Positions 40,049 through 49,644 of a stretch of DNA of 64,000 nt are shown here, one piece after another. The notes under the pieces were generated by a model, which saw nothing but the letters and a program-made list of their open reading frames with translations, was not told the DNA's origin and made no database searches. Position 1 is the stretch's first letter, and every line of letters begins with the position of its first letter. The translations under genes and the position numbers were made by a program. The DNA comes from Chloroflexota bacterium (GTDB lineage Bacteria > Chloroflexota > Dehalococcoidia > Lucifugimonadales > Australimonadaceae). The stretch is from assembly GCA_022561985.1 (NCBI GenBank), contig JADFQE010000001.1, positions 3,344 to 67,343 on the forward strand. The letters are read 5' to 3'.

Positions 40049-41164
40049 GTGGCGGAAAGCTCACTGACCATGGTGAAGGTCGGGGCGGGCAAGATGGAGC
40101 CGCGCGAGTTCGCGGTCCCGGAGATTGACGAGGACTCGGCTCTCCTGAAGATGGAGGTCGCCGGCATCTGCGGGAGTGACGTCGGCAACTACGCCAAGCC
40201 GTTGACCGCCGGTCCGATGATCATGGGCCATGAGAACGTTGGCATCATCGCCAAGGCCGGGAAGAAGTTCTTGGAGCGCAAGGGCGTCAAGGAAGGCGAC
40301 CTCGTGCTCCTGGAGCACTATCTGCCCTGCATGCAGTGCGAGTGGGACCACAAGGGTGAGTACCGCCACTGCGAGTCCACCGACTGGCACTACAACCCCG
40401 ACGCGATCCGCTACGGGTACACCTCGGCCGACCTCTCGCCGCACCTGTGGGGAGGCTTCAGCCACTACCTCTACATGCCCCATAACGCCGTCGTCCACAA
40501 GGTGCCCGACGGCGTGACCGCGGAGCTGGCCGGACTCGCCACCCCGATGGGCAACGGCGTGCAGTGGTCGCTGATCGAAGCCGGCATCGGCTACGGCTCC
40601 AAGGTGCTGATCCAGGGCCCCGGCCAGCAAGGCCTCTGCAACCTGGTCATCTCCAAGCAGGCGGGCGCGGACCTCATCATCGTCACGGGCACCACGCGCG
40701 ACGCCAAGCGGATGGAGGTCGCCAAGGCCCTGGGCGCCGACTACGTGATCGACGTGCTCAAGGAGGACCCGCTCGAGCGCATCAAGGAGATCACGGGCGG
40801 GGTGGGCGTGGATGTCTCCATCGACTGCACGGCGGGGGCCGGCACGGCGGCGATAGACCTCGGCGTGGAGGCCGTGAAGCGCCGGGGAGGGACGCTCGTG
40901 ATCCAGGGCAACGAGGACCCCGTCTTCAAGGACTTCCCCATCGGCAGGATCACGCTCAAGTACATCACGCTCAAAAGCGCGCGCGGCCACAGCTACCGCG
41001 CCTTGGAGCTCGCGCTGGCGCAGCTCGCCTCGCACCGCTTCCCCCTGGAGAAGATGACGACGCACACCATGGGGTTGTCCGAGGTGGACTACGCCATCAA
41101 GTCGGTCGGCGGCAAGGGCGCGGCGGACGTCATCCACGTCTCCGTCCTGCCCTGGAAGGAATAG
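40049..41164 (+). CDS. zinc-dependent alcohol dehydrogenase (MDR family), paralog
   Basis: AGICGSDV, GHENVGII and GPGQQGL. GTG 40049 has GGAGG 7 nt upstream; alternative ATG at 40070. Confidence 0.8.
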   Translation: MAESSLTMVKVGAGKMEPREFAVPEIDEDSALLKMEVAGICGSDVGNYAKPLTAGPMIMGHENVGIIAKAGKKFLERKGVKEGDLVLLEHYLPCMQCEWDHKGEYRHCESTDWHYNPDAIRYGYTSADLSPHLWGGFSHYLYMPHNAVVHKVPDGVTAELAGLATPMGNGVQWSLIEAGIGYGSKVLIQGPGQQGLCNLVISKQAGADLIIVTGTTRDAKRMEVAKALGADYVIDVLKEDPLERIKEITGGVGVDVSIDCTAGAGTAAIDLGVEAVKRRGGTLVIQGNEDPVFKDFPIGRITLKYITLKSARGHSYRALELALAQLASHRFPLEKMTTHTMGLSEVDYAIKSVGGKGAADVIHVSVLPWKE

Positions 41165-41270
41165 GCGGCTGCGGGCTGCGGCTCGCCGGCTGAGGGACGT
41201 AGGGAACGAGCGCCCGCGCGGATCATCGACCTGCGCGGGCGCTTCTTGGAAAGTCGAGGGAGGTCCGTGC

Positions 41271-42551
41271 ATGCTGTCTGAGCGTCTGAATGAGATCGTC
41301 ACGCGGGTCGGACCGGGAACGCCCATGGGGGAGCTCATGCGGCGGTACTGGCAGCCCGTGCTCCTGTCGTGGGAGCTGCCGGGCCCCGACTGCCCGCCTG
41401 TGCGCGTGCGGCTCCTGGGCGAGGACCTCGTGGCCTTCCGCGACACCAGCGGGCGCGTCGGGCTCCTTGAGGAGTGGTGCGCCCACCGCCGGACCTCCCT
41501 GTGGCTCGGGCGCAACGAGGAGGACGGGTTGCGGTGCGTCTTCCACGGCTGGAAGTACGACGTGACCGGCCAGTGCGTGGACATGCCCAACGAGCTGCCC
41601 GAGTACGACGTGAAGGACAAGGTGCGGGTCGTCTCCTACCCGACGCAGGAGCTGGGGGGCGCGATCTGGGCCTACCTGGGCCCGAAGGAGGCCCAGCCCC
41701 CCGCGCCCAACTTCGAGTGGACCCGCCAGCCGGAGAGCCACCGTCACGTCTCCAAGGGGCTGCAGGAGTGCAACTGGCTCCAGGCCCTGGAGGGAGGCAT
41801 CGACTCGATCCATACCTCCTTCCTGCACCGGCGCTTCACCGGTGGCCGGGCGGGCCTTGAGGGCCTCCGGGCGAAGGCGACGGCCGCCAAGCTGGAGGTC
41901 AACCTGACCTCCTACGGCTACACCTACGCCTCCATCCGGACCCTGGACGAGGGGGAGGGCAAGTACGTCCGGACGTATCACTACGTCATGCCCAACCACC
42001 AGATCCGCGCGATCCAGGGCTACACCGCCGACACCAAGGTGCAGAAGTTCAAGATCGCCGGGCACGTGTGGGTGCCGGTGGACGACGAGCACTGCATGAC
42101 TTGGAACTGGTACTACAGCCTGGACAAGCCCCTGGACGACGAGGAGCGGGACGAGGGTTTCTGGGGCAACGGGCCCAGCTACATCGATGCCAAGAACGGC
42201 TTCCGCGGCTACTTGAACAAGGCGAACGACTACAAGATCGATCGTGAGGTCCAGCGGATGGAGACCTTCACCGGCATCGAGGGGATCAACCAGCAGGACC
42301 GGGCGGTCCAGGAGGCCATGGGGCCGATCGTCGACCGCCGTGGGGAGCATCTCGGGCAGACCGACAAGGCGATCATCGCGTCCCGCAAGCTCCTGCTGGC
42401 CGCCGTCAAGACCGTCGAGGACGGCGGGGTCCCGCCGGGAGCCGACGACTCCTACTACGACCTCCGCGCCATCGAGCAGGTGCTGCCGCAGGACGCCGAC
42501 TGGGTCGAGGCGCTCAAGGACCTGATGTACCCGGCCGGCGTCCCGACCTAG
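41271..42551 (+). CDS. Rieske [2Fe-2S] non-heme iron oxygenase, alpha subunit type
   Basis: Rieske motif CAHRRTSLWLGRNEEDGLRCVFHGWKY. Mononuclear-iron motif NWLQALEGGIDSIHTSFLH. 426 aa. Confidence 0.85.
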   Translation: MLSERLNEIVTRVGPGTPMGELMRRYWQPVLLSWELPGPDCPPVRVRLLGEDLVAFRDTSGRVGLLEEWCAHRRTSLWLGRNEEDGLRCVFHGWKYDVTGQCVDMPNELPEYDVKDKVRVVSYPTQELGGAIWAYLGPKEAQPPAPNFEWTRQPESHRHVSKGLQECNWLQALEGGIDSIHTSFLHRRFTGGRAGLEGLRAKATAAKLEVNLTSYGYTYASIRTLDEGEGKYVRTYHYVMPNHQIRAIQGYTADTKVQKFKIAGHVWVPVDDEHCMTWNWYYSLDKPLDDEERDEGFWGNGPSYIDAKNGFRGYLNKANDYKIDREVQRMETFTGIEGINQQDRAVQEAMGPIVDRRGEHLGQTDKAIIASRKLLLAAVKTVEDGGVPPGADDSYYDLRAIEQVLPQDADWVEALKDLMYPAGVPT

Positions 42552-42553
42552 CG

Positions 42554-43279
42554 TTGGCCACGCCCGAGCGGACCGTCATCGGCTACCTGGGCGGACGGGA
42601 GGCCCGCGCGCCGCACTTCGACGCCCTCGCCGCGCTCTTCCCCCCCGGCGTCGAGCTGGACACGGAGCCGCTGAGCCTCTGGCGCGACCCGCCCGCAGAC
42701 CCCGTCCAGGGCGAGAACGCGTATGTGGAGAGCGCGATCGAGCGGGCTCTGGCGCACGAGTGGGGCGCGCTCGCCCTCACGGGCACGCCCAACGAGGTGC
42801 TCTACCCCGGCGCGCTGGCCCGCATCCGCGAGGCCGCCGGCATGCCCACCACCGCGTCGCTCGCCGCGAGCGTCGCCGCCCTGCACGCCCTGGGGGTCGG
42901 GCGCACGCTGCTGCTCACGCCGTTCGATGCGGCGATGAACCGCGGCGTCGAGGCCCTCTTCGCCGCCGCGGGCATCGCCACGGTGCTCCCGGCGAGCGGG
43001 TTCGGCAGCATCGACGAAGCGGGCGCCCTCGGCCCCGACGGCGTCTACGCCTACACGCGCGATGCGCTCGCGGCGGCCCCCGACGTGGAGGGCATCTGCT
43101 TCCAGGGCGCGCGCCTCGATCCCGTACCCCTGCTCGACCGGCTCGAAGGCGACCTGGGCAAGCCCGTGGTCGCAAGCAACACGGCGATGGCGTGGCAGCT
43201 CCTCAGCGAGCTGGGCCAGCGCCACCACATCGAGCGCGGTGGTAGGCTGTTCCGTGAGTGGCCGCCCCTCAGGTCCTGA
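42554..43279 (+). CDS. Asp/Glu/hydantoin racemase-superfamily protein (maleate isomerase / arylmalonate decarboxylase-like)
   Basis: 241 aa, TTG start 2 nt after the upstream stop. The layout ...LALTGTPNE...TLLLTPFD...GICFQGARLD...PVVASNTAMAWQ resembles maleate cis-trans isomerases. Confidence 0.55.
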   Translation: MATPERTVIGYLGGREARAPHFDALAALFPPGVELDTEPLSLWRDPPADPVQGENAYVESAIERALAHEWGALALTGTPNEVLYPGALARIREAAGMPTTASLAASVAALHALGVGRTLLLTPFDAAMNRGVEALFAAAGIATVLPASGFGSIDEAGALGPDGVYAYTRDALAAAPDVEGICFQGARLDPVPLLDRLEGDLGKPVVASNTAMAWQLLSELGQRHHIERGGRLFREWPPLRS

Positions 43280-43339
43280 GCCAGGGTCCTGAGCAGGGGC
43301 CTGAGCGCGGCCCGGACATCCCACCAAGGTGATGAGCGC

Positions 43340-44632
43340 ATGCTGTCCATCGAAGAGAACGCGAAGCTGAGCGAGGTTGGCCGTGGCACGGCCATGGGCG
43401 AGCTGATGAGGCGCTACTGGATCCCCTTCCGCCTGTCCTCGGACCTGCCCGAGCCCGACGGCGACCCGGTGAAGGTCACGCTGCTGGGCGAATCGCTCGT
43501 CGCGTACCGTGAGACCAGCGGCAAGGTCTGTCTGATCCAGCGCCACTGCGCGCACCGGTGGTCCGACCTCTTCTACGGACGCAACGAGGAGGGCGGCCTG
43601 CGCTGCACCTACCACGGCTGGAAGTACGACGGTTCTGGGCGGTGCATCGACATGCCGACCGAGACCGAGGACAGCTCCTACAAGGACAAGATCAGGATCA
43701 CCGCCTACCCCGTGGAGGAGAGTGGCGGCGTCCTGTGGACGTACATGGGGCCGCCGGAGTTCGCCTCCGAGATGCCGCGGTTCGAGTACCTGAACGTGCC
43801 GGAGGACCACCGGCACGTGTCGTGGAACTGGCAGGAGAACAACTTCGCGCAGGCGATCGAGGGGGGCATCGACTCGGCGCACTCCAACTTCCTGCACGCG
43901 ACCCTCGACCAGTACCACCGCACGGAGAAGTGGGTCGAGGAGGGACGGCGCACGCAGAACCTCCGGGACCTGTACCACGCGCGCGACCAGCACCCGAAGT
44001 TCTTCTCGGAGGACACGGACTACGGCGTCATGACCGGCGCCCGGCGCGACACCGGCGAGGGCCAGCACTACTGGCGCTTCAACCTGTTCCTCATGCCCTT
44101 CTACACGATGCCGCCGTCGGCCAAGACGCTGAAGTTCTTCCACGCATTCGTGCCCATCGACGACGTGAACGTCCAGCGATGGACCTTCACCTGGTCGCTC
44201 GATGCTCCGCTGAGGGGCGATCAGGTCCAGGAGTGGCGCAAGGGCTCCGGCCTGCACGCGGCGCTCGAGCCCGGTCCCGACCACATCCCGCTGCGCCGCC
44301 TGGCGAACGACTACCTGATCGACCGCGGGACCCAGCGCACGCGCAACTTCACGGGGATCACCGGCACCGGGGAGCAGGACTTCTCCGTCCAGGAGGGCAT
44401 GGGCCCGCTCACGCCGCGCCACAAGGAGCATCTGGGCACCACGGACGTTGGCATCATCAAGATGCGGCGCCGGCTGCTCCGGGACGCCACGGCCCTGGAG
44501 GACGGCGATGCGCCGCGCTCGGCGGCCGACGGCGGGGTCTACCACCTGCGCTCCGGCGACATCCTCCTGGAGTCCAGCGCGCACTGGATGGACGACGCTC
44601 GGGTCAGGGAGATCATGACCGCGACCTGGTGA
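43340..44632 (+). CDS. Rieske [2Fe-2S] non-heme iron oxygenase, alpha subunit type (paralog)
   Basis: CAHRWSDLFYGRNEEGGLRCTYHGWKY and NFAQAIEGGIDSAHSNFLH. 430 aa. Confidence 0.85.
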   Translation: MLSIEENAKLSEVGRGTAMGELMRRYWIPFRLSSDLPEPDGDPVKVTLLGESLVAYRETSGKVCLIQRHCAHRWSDLFYGRNEEGGLRCTYHGWKYDGSGRCIDMPTETEDSSYKDKIRITAYPVEESGGVLWTYMGPPEFASEMPRFEYLNVPEDHRHVSWNWQENNFAQAIEGGIDSAHSNFLHATLDQYHRTEKWVEEGRRTQNLRDLYHARDQHPKFFSEDTDYGVMTGARRDTGEGQHYWRFNLFLMPFYTMPPSAKTLKFFHAFVPIDDVNVQRWTFTWSLDAPLRGDQVQEWRKGSGLHAALEPGPDHIPLRRLANDYLIDRGTQRTRNFTGITGTGEQDFSVQEGMGPLTPRHKEHLGTTDVGIIKMRRRLLRDATALEDGDAPRSAADGGVYHLRSGDILLESSAHWMDDARVREIMTATW

Positions 44633-44730
44633 GGTGCCTCCTCCACCCTCGCTCCCCCGCTGCGCGCTAGAATGAGGTTCCGGGCAGTGCAAGCCGGCGC
44701 CCCGCGCTCGGCTCGCTTCCGGTACCACCC

Positions 44731-45489
44731 ATGACGAACAGACGACAGCAACCTCCCCAGCAGCCGGAGCCCGACACCGAGGCCATCGAGCGGGCCGTCG
44801 GCGAGCTCCGGCGGCGCCTGAAGCAGGCGGCGAGTCCGCGGGAAGCGGAGGGACTCCGGCGCTCGCTGGGCGCCGATGTCCCCGTCTACGGGCTCAAGGC
44901 GGCCGACTCGCACCGCATCGGCCTCGAGCTCGTGCGCCGGCTGCGATCGGCCCCGCCCGCGCTCAGCATGGACATCGCCGATGCGCTGTTCACCACCGGC
45001 AACCTGGAGGAGGGTCTGGTCGGCGCGCAGCTCCTCGGCGCCATGGCCCGCCACATCGGCGGTGGTGACTTCGCGCGCTTCGACAAGTGGGCCGGCGCCC
45101 TCACGAACGCGCAGACAGCGGACGGACTCGCCATGAGCGGCATCGCCAAGGCGCTCGCCGCCAAGCCGTCGCTGGCCGCGCAGCTCGTTGTGTGGGCAAA
45201 GTCGACGACGGTGTGGCGGCGCCGTGCGGCCGTCTCCTCCTTCATCCCGCTGGTCCGTGAGGGGCGCTTCCTCACCGACGCGCTCACCGTGGCCGAGGTC
45301 GTGATGACGGACGCCCACGAGGAGGTGCAGCGCGGGGTCGGCACGCTGCTCCTGGAGGCGAGCCGGCTGCAGTCCTCCCGTGTCGTGGAATTCCTCCAGA
45401 CGTGGAAGGGGAAGGCTCCGCGGCTCGTCCTCCAGATCGCCGCGACGAAGCTGGCGCCGCAGGACCGATCGGCCGTGCTCGGCTCGTGA
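44731..45489 (+). CDS. DNA alkylation repair protein (AlkC/AlkD-like HEAT-repeat family)
   Basis: 252 aa. VPVYGLKAADSHRIG...WRRRAAVSSFIPLVREG...DAHEEVQRGVGTLLLE is typical of this family. TAGAAT box at 44668-44673. Confidence 0.7.
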   Translation: MTNRRQQPPQQPEPDTEAIERAVGELRRRLKQAASPREAEGLRRSLGADVPVYGLKAADSHRIGLELVRRLRSAPPALSMDIADALFTTGNLEEGLVGAQLLGAMARHIGGGDFARFDKWAGALTNAQTADGLAMSGIAKALAAKPSLAAQLVVWAKSTTVWRRRAAVSSFIPLVREGRFLTDALTVAEVVMTDAHEEVQRGVGTLLLEASRLQSSRVVEFLQTWKGKAPRLVLQIAATKLAPQDRSAVLGS

Positions 45490-45854
45490 GCAGCGCCGAG
45501 CCTGCGCCGTCCCCGCCGACGACCGGCCGGCGGCTCTACCGTGGCCTCCTCTTCGCCATCCTGATCGCTTTGGCGGGGGCGGCGGTCTCGGCCGTGCCGG
45601 GGCTGTTCCTCCAGTCCGTCTTCGTCGGCGAGGCGCAGCGCTGCCTCGAAGCGCAGCGGAAGGACATCGCCGTGGGCGGCGAGATCATCACCGACTGTGG
45701 GGAGGCGAGCGCCGACGCGCCCGTCTGGCTCCCGGCCGTCATGACCGCCGCCGGTGGGGCCGTGGGCTTCGTTGGCGGCTTCGGCTACGGATTCTTCCAG
45801 CCGCCGCGCCGGAGCGGGGCGTCCGTGCGCGAAGAGGCCTGGCTCCCGTTCTAG
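45486..45854 (+). CDS. hypothetical membrane protein
   Basis: GTG overlaps the upstream stop (GTGA). Two hydrophobic segments (LLFAILIALAGAAVSAVPGLF and VWLPAVMTAAGGAVGFVGGFGYGFF). No family recognised. Confidence 0.4.
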   Translation: MSSAEPAPSPPTTGRRLYRGLLFAILIALAGAAVSAVPGLFLQSVFVGEAQRCLEAQRKDIAVGGEIITDCGEASADAPVWLPAVMTAAGGAVGFVGGFGYGFFQPPRRSGASVREEAWLPF

Positions 45855-46010
45855 CGCGTGAGCGAACGCCTCGCGCGTGGCGAAATGGCCTGAACCGTAC
45901 CTCCGAACCCGATAGGCAGCTACGGGGGTTCCTGCTAGCTTGTACGGGCGGTCCCGTCCGTCCGTTCGTCCATCGATGGGCCCGTTCATCCAAGGACCGC
46001 TTGTTGTCTG

Positions 46011-47033
46011 ATGCATGCCGCTTCTCTGAACAGCCGAAGAGGGATCGTAGCGCTGCTGGTGGGCGCGGTCGCGTCGCTGGCGGGCGCCTGCGGCCTGTTC
46101 AGCGAGCCCGGCCTGGTCGTGTACACGGCCGGGGAGGAGGGGCAGCGCGACATCGTGATCGTCGGGACCGACGGGGCCGAGGTCGCGACGAGCCTCGCCC
46201 ACGAGGCCGACGACTTCGGGCCGGTCTGGTCGCCGAACCGCCAGAGCATCGCCTTCCTGAGCGACCGTGACGGCAACGTCGAGCTCTACATCGCGGGGGC
46301 CGATGGCGGCAGCGTGCTGCGCGCGACGAACACCGGGGTCCCCGAGTCCCAGCCCACCTGGTCTCCGGAGGGCGACCGCCTGGCCTACACGTCTCCGGAT
46401 GGAGACGGCAAGCCGCAGATCTACTGGCTCCGCCTCTCCGACCTGATCCCCCACCGGCTCCAGTTCAGGAGCGAGAGCGAGTCGGACCCCGCGTGGTCGC
46501 CGAAGGGCGTCTGGATCGCCTTCGCCTCGCTGGACGCGGACGGGCGATCACTGGGGCTGTCGCTGCGGAACCCGGACGGCGTGGACGAGCTGAGGATCTC
46601 CCAGTCGCCCGATCGCTCCCCCGTGTGGTCCCCCGACGGCAAGAAGCTGGCGTTCGTGTCCGAGCGGGACGGCGACGAGGAGATCTACGTCCTCGACGTC
46701 GACGAGCGCGGGCCGGTCGGCGAAGCGCGGAACCTCACCAATCACCCCGGGCGCGATTTCGCACCCCAGTGGTCCCCCGACGGCAGGCGCATCGCGTTCC
46801 TCTCGGACCGTGGCGAGAGCCTGGACATACTCACCGTTTCCGACGGCGGCGAGGACCTTCGCGAGCTGACCCGCAACGACATCGCGGAGGTCGCCGTCCG
46901 CTGGGGCGCCGACGGCCGCATCGTGTTCGAGTCGCAGCCGCTCGGGCTCTCGGCGCTCTTCATCGTGGAAGCCGACGGGACGCAGCAGCAGCTCACCCAT
47001 GGGACCGCATCAGCCTCGCAGCCCAACTGGTAG
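46011..47033 (+). CDS. PD40/TolB-like beta-propeller lipoprotein
   Basis: Lipobox LAGAC. Repeated WSP(D/N/E/K)G motifs, six or more. Confidence 0.8.
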   Translation: MHAASLNSRRGIVALLVGAVASLAGACGLFSEPGLVVYTAGEEGQRDIVIVGTDGAEVATSLAHEADDFGPVWSPNRQSIAFLSDRDGNVELYIAGADGGSVLRATNTGVPESQPTWSPEGDRLAYTSPDGDGKPQIYWLRLSDLIPHRLQFRSESESDPAWSPKGVWIAFASLDADGRSLGLSLRNPDGVDELRISQSPDRSPVWSPDGKKLAFVSERDGDEEIYVLDVDERGPVGEARNLTNHPGRDFAPQWSPDGRRIAFLSDRGESLDILTVSDGGEDLRELTRNDIAEVAVRWGADGRIVFESQPLGLSALFIVEADGTQQQLTHGTASASQPNW

Positions 47034-47056
47034 CCCACAACCGGCAGGCGGCCGCC

Positions 47057-48199
47057 TCAGCCGGCGATGCGCACCACCGCGTAGAGGTGCCGGTACAGCT
47101 TGAGCGACTCCCTCAGCAGCCCGATGGGCCCCACGCCCACGCCCGGGTCCACGTGCGAGAAGAACGAGAACTCCGTATAGACCGTGTCGCCCCGGTCCGC
47201 CACCGCATCGGCGAGGCGGCGCGACTCCTCCACGGGCGCGAGGGAGTCCTCGCGGTCGTGCATGATGAGCAGCCGCGCGCTCACCCCGTCCAGGTGCTTG
47301 CTCGGCGAGAGTGCGTCGACGGCGTCCAGGAGCCGCTGCGGCACCTCGCGCAGGAGCGCATCGGCCTCCTCCAGCGTCGTGCCGGAGAGGAGACCGTGGA
47401 CCGCCTGAGCTTCGCGCGAGAGGTCCCGGACCTCGGCGGCGGTCAGCGTCCGGCCGCCCGAGAAGTGGCCTTCGAGCACGTCGCGCTCCGAGGGCAGCGA
47501 GAGGCTCTCGATCATGAGCAGGCTCAGCACCTCGGCCGTCAGCGGGTCCGGCTCCCAGGGCTCCTCGGTCCCGTCGTAGAACGTCCGGCGCGCTGCGAAC
47601 TGCTTGATGTAGTCGCGCCCGTCGTAGAAGCCGCTGAAGAAGTTGATGAAGGAGACGTCGGCGCTGATCCGTGGGTCGGACGCCGCCACGACGAGCAGCG
47701 ACGACCCAACGCAGAAGCCGGCGCCGCCGATCCGCTCGGGGTCGACGCGGTCGAGGCTGCGGAGGTACTGGAACGCCGCCACCAGCATCTCGACGTCGGC
47801 CGGCGAGACGCGCTTGCTCATCATGTTCTCGGACCAGGGCACGAGCACGACGAACCCGGCGCGCGCCAGGGCCGAGGCCAGGTTGACGACGCGATCGTCG
47901 TCGCGTCCGGCCGGGTTCACGCCCAGGAACAGGACCACCGCGGCGCGCTGCTTGCGGTCGGGGATGCGGTAGATGTCCGCCTCCACCGACTGGGTGCCCG
48001 CGGAGTATTCGACCGCCGTGCGCACGGGCTCCTTCGTGAACCAGCCGAGAGGCTGGATGGGGAAGCCGGGGACCACCTGGAGCACGAAGCCGGCGGTCTT
48101 GGCCGATGCGCGGCCTTGGGGCGTCACGACGGCGGCCAACGAGAGGACGGCCAGCGCGGCTAGGAGCCCCAGCCCGACTCGTTTGAGCCATCGCCTCAT
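47057..48199 (-). CDS. alpha/beta hydrolase (dienelactone-hydrolase-like, Cys nucleophile GFCVGS), membrane anchored or secreted
   Basis: 380 aa with an N-terminal signal or TM segment. VVLFLGVNP, GGAGFCVGS and LIMHDREDS follow the catalytic-triad layout. Confidence 0.8.
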   Translation of the reverse strand: MRRWLKRVGLGLLAALAVLSLAAVVTPQGRASAKTAGFVLQVVPGFPIQPLGWFTKEPVRTAVEYSAGTQSVEADIYRIPDRKQRAAVVLFLGVNPAGRDDDRVVNLASALARAGFVVLVPWSENMMSKRVSPADVEMLVAAFQYLRSLDRVDPERIGGAGFCVGSSLLVVAASDPRISADVSFINFFSGFYDGRDYIKQFAARRTFYDGTEEPWEPDPLTAEVLSLLMIESLSLPSERDVLEGHFSGGRTLTAAEVRDLSREAQAVHGLLSGTTLEEADALLREVPQRLLDAVDALSPSKHLDGVSARLLIMHDREDSLAPVEESRRLADAVADRGDTVYTEFSFFSHVDPGVGVGPIGLLRESLKLYRHLYAVVRIAG

Positions 48200-49499
48200 C
48201 GCTCGTTCTCCAAGGGCGCCGCTGGCGCGATGGGCGAACTGCGTCCCGCGCGATGGGCCAGCCAGCCTCTCGCGCCATAGCCTCGAGCTCGCCCACCTCG
48301 GCGATCAAGGATACGCGGTCGAGGAACGCTCCGAGGCCGGCCGCGTCCGCACGGACCGCGCGGAGCTGCGCCTCGATGGGGCTGGCCGCGGCCGGGCTGC
48401 CCGCGTAGGTGCCGTGGAAGGCGAAGAATGCCGTGTTGAGCTTGCGGAGCTGGTGTCCGTTCGCCACGAATGCGAGCCGGCGCTCCTCGAGGTACGCCTC
48501 GGCCTCCACGACCAGCCCGCCCGCGAGCAGCTCGTCGAGCCGCGTCCGCGTGAGGCGCATCTCCCGGTTGAAGTCGAAGACGCCGGGCGGCGGCTCGGCG
48601 CGCTCCCCGCGGGGGCGCCACGGCTCCCGCTCGAACGCCTCGCCCGTCAGGCGCTCCAGCGCCCGGTCGCCGATGTCTTCGGCGGCGATGTTCGCCACGG
48701 TCTCGTTGATGCTCCGCAGCTCGCCGCCCGCACCCCACCTGCGGCCGAGCGGACGGAAGGCGAGCCAGTGGTGCAGCCACTCGTGGCTGGCCAGGGTCAG
48801 CGTCGTGTGGAGCGAGGCGGACGGGATCACCTGGGCCGGGTAGGTGGCCAGGCCGCCGAGCCGTATCACCAGCGCCGAAACCCCATCGGGCCCGGCCTCC
48901 ACCCCCTGCTCCAGCGCGATCTGGTCCAGGGTGCTCACGCCGGGCTCGAGCAGCACGTCGTCGAGCCGCACGATCGCATCAAGCGGCGAGCGCACCAGCA
49001 CGAGCGCCTGGGCCTCGAAGGTGAAGTCGACCGGCGGCCAGCGCACCGGTCCCACGCGCCAGATGATGCCCAGCTCGTCCACCACGCCGGAGATCGCCGC
49101 TTCGAGCGTCTCCTCGACGGTGGCGCGCAGCTCGCCGCGGCGTGCTTGGAGCGCGCCGCCGTCCGCGGCGATGGCCTCGGGCGCCCGCCGCCCGGCCTCG
49201 GGCGCGGCCAGCGTGCGGTCGAGCTCCGCCTCGATGAGGCGCAGCCCGTCGCCGAGGGCGAAGAACTCGGTCACCGCCGCGCGCCGGGCCTCCTCGTCCA
49301 CCGAGCGCCACGGCAGCGCCAGGTAGAGCCACTTGTCCAGGGCGTGGGTCAGCTCCCAGCGCACCAGGTCCTGTGCGTAGGGACCGGCGATGCGCCGAAG
49401 CTCCGAGGGCGTATCGCCCCTGCCTGCCGCCACGAGGACCAGCAGCACGGCGAGGGCCGTGAGCAGGGTTGTGTGGGCGTTGGCGCGGATCGTGGTCAT
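48196..49499 (-). CDS. membrane-anchored HExxH (zinc-metallopeptidase-like) protein; reading frame disrupted near the 3' end
   Basis: MTTIRANAHTTLLTALAVLLVLVAAG TM anchor and motif ASHEWLHHW. The protein-like frame has no stop until 47010. The frame ending at TGA 48196 (ATGA overlap with the hydrolase) is reached only by skipping 23 nt. 1304 nt is not a multiple of 3, but 1304 minus 23 is. Confidence 0.6.
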
Positions 49500-49577
49500 G
49501 ACGTCGTGGCGGTTCCCATGTGCTGCACCGGAGATACTGTTCTTTAACAGAGATACGGATGGCTTATCGTGGAGCGT

Positions 49578-49606
49578 TTGCACCATCCCATCCCGTTCAC
49601 TAGAAT
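49578..49606 (+). promoter_or_regulatory. sigma70-like promoter TTGCAC-17 nt-TAGAAT
   Basis: Exact 17-nt spacer in an A/T-richer divergent spacer. SD GGAGG lies 8 nt before TTG 49645. Confidence 0.6.
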
Positions 49607-49644
49607 GACGCCGTTGCGCGCCCTGGCGCGCTGGAGGCGCGATC

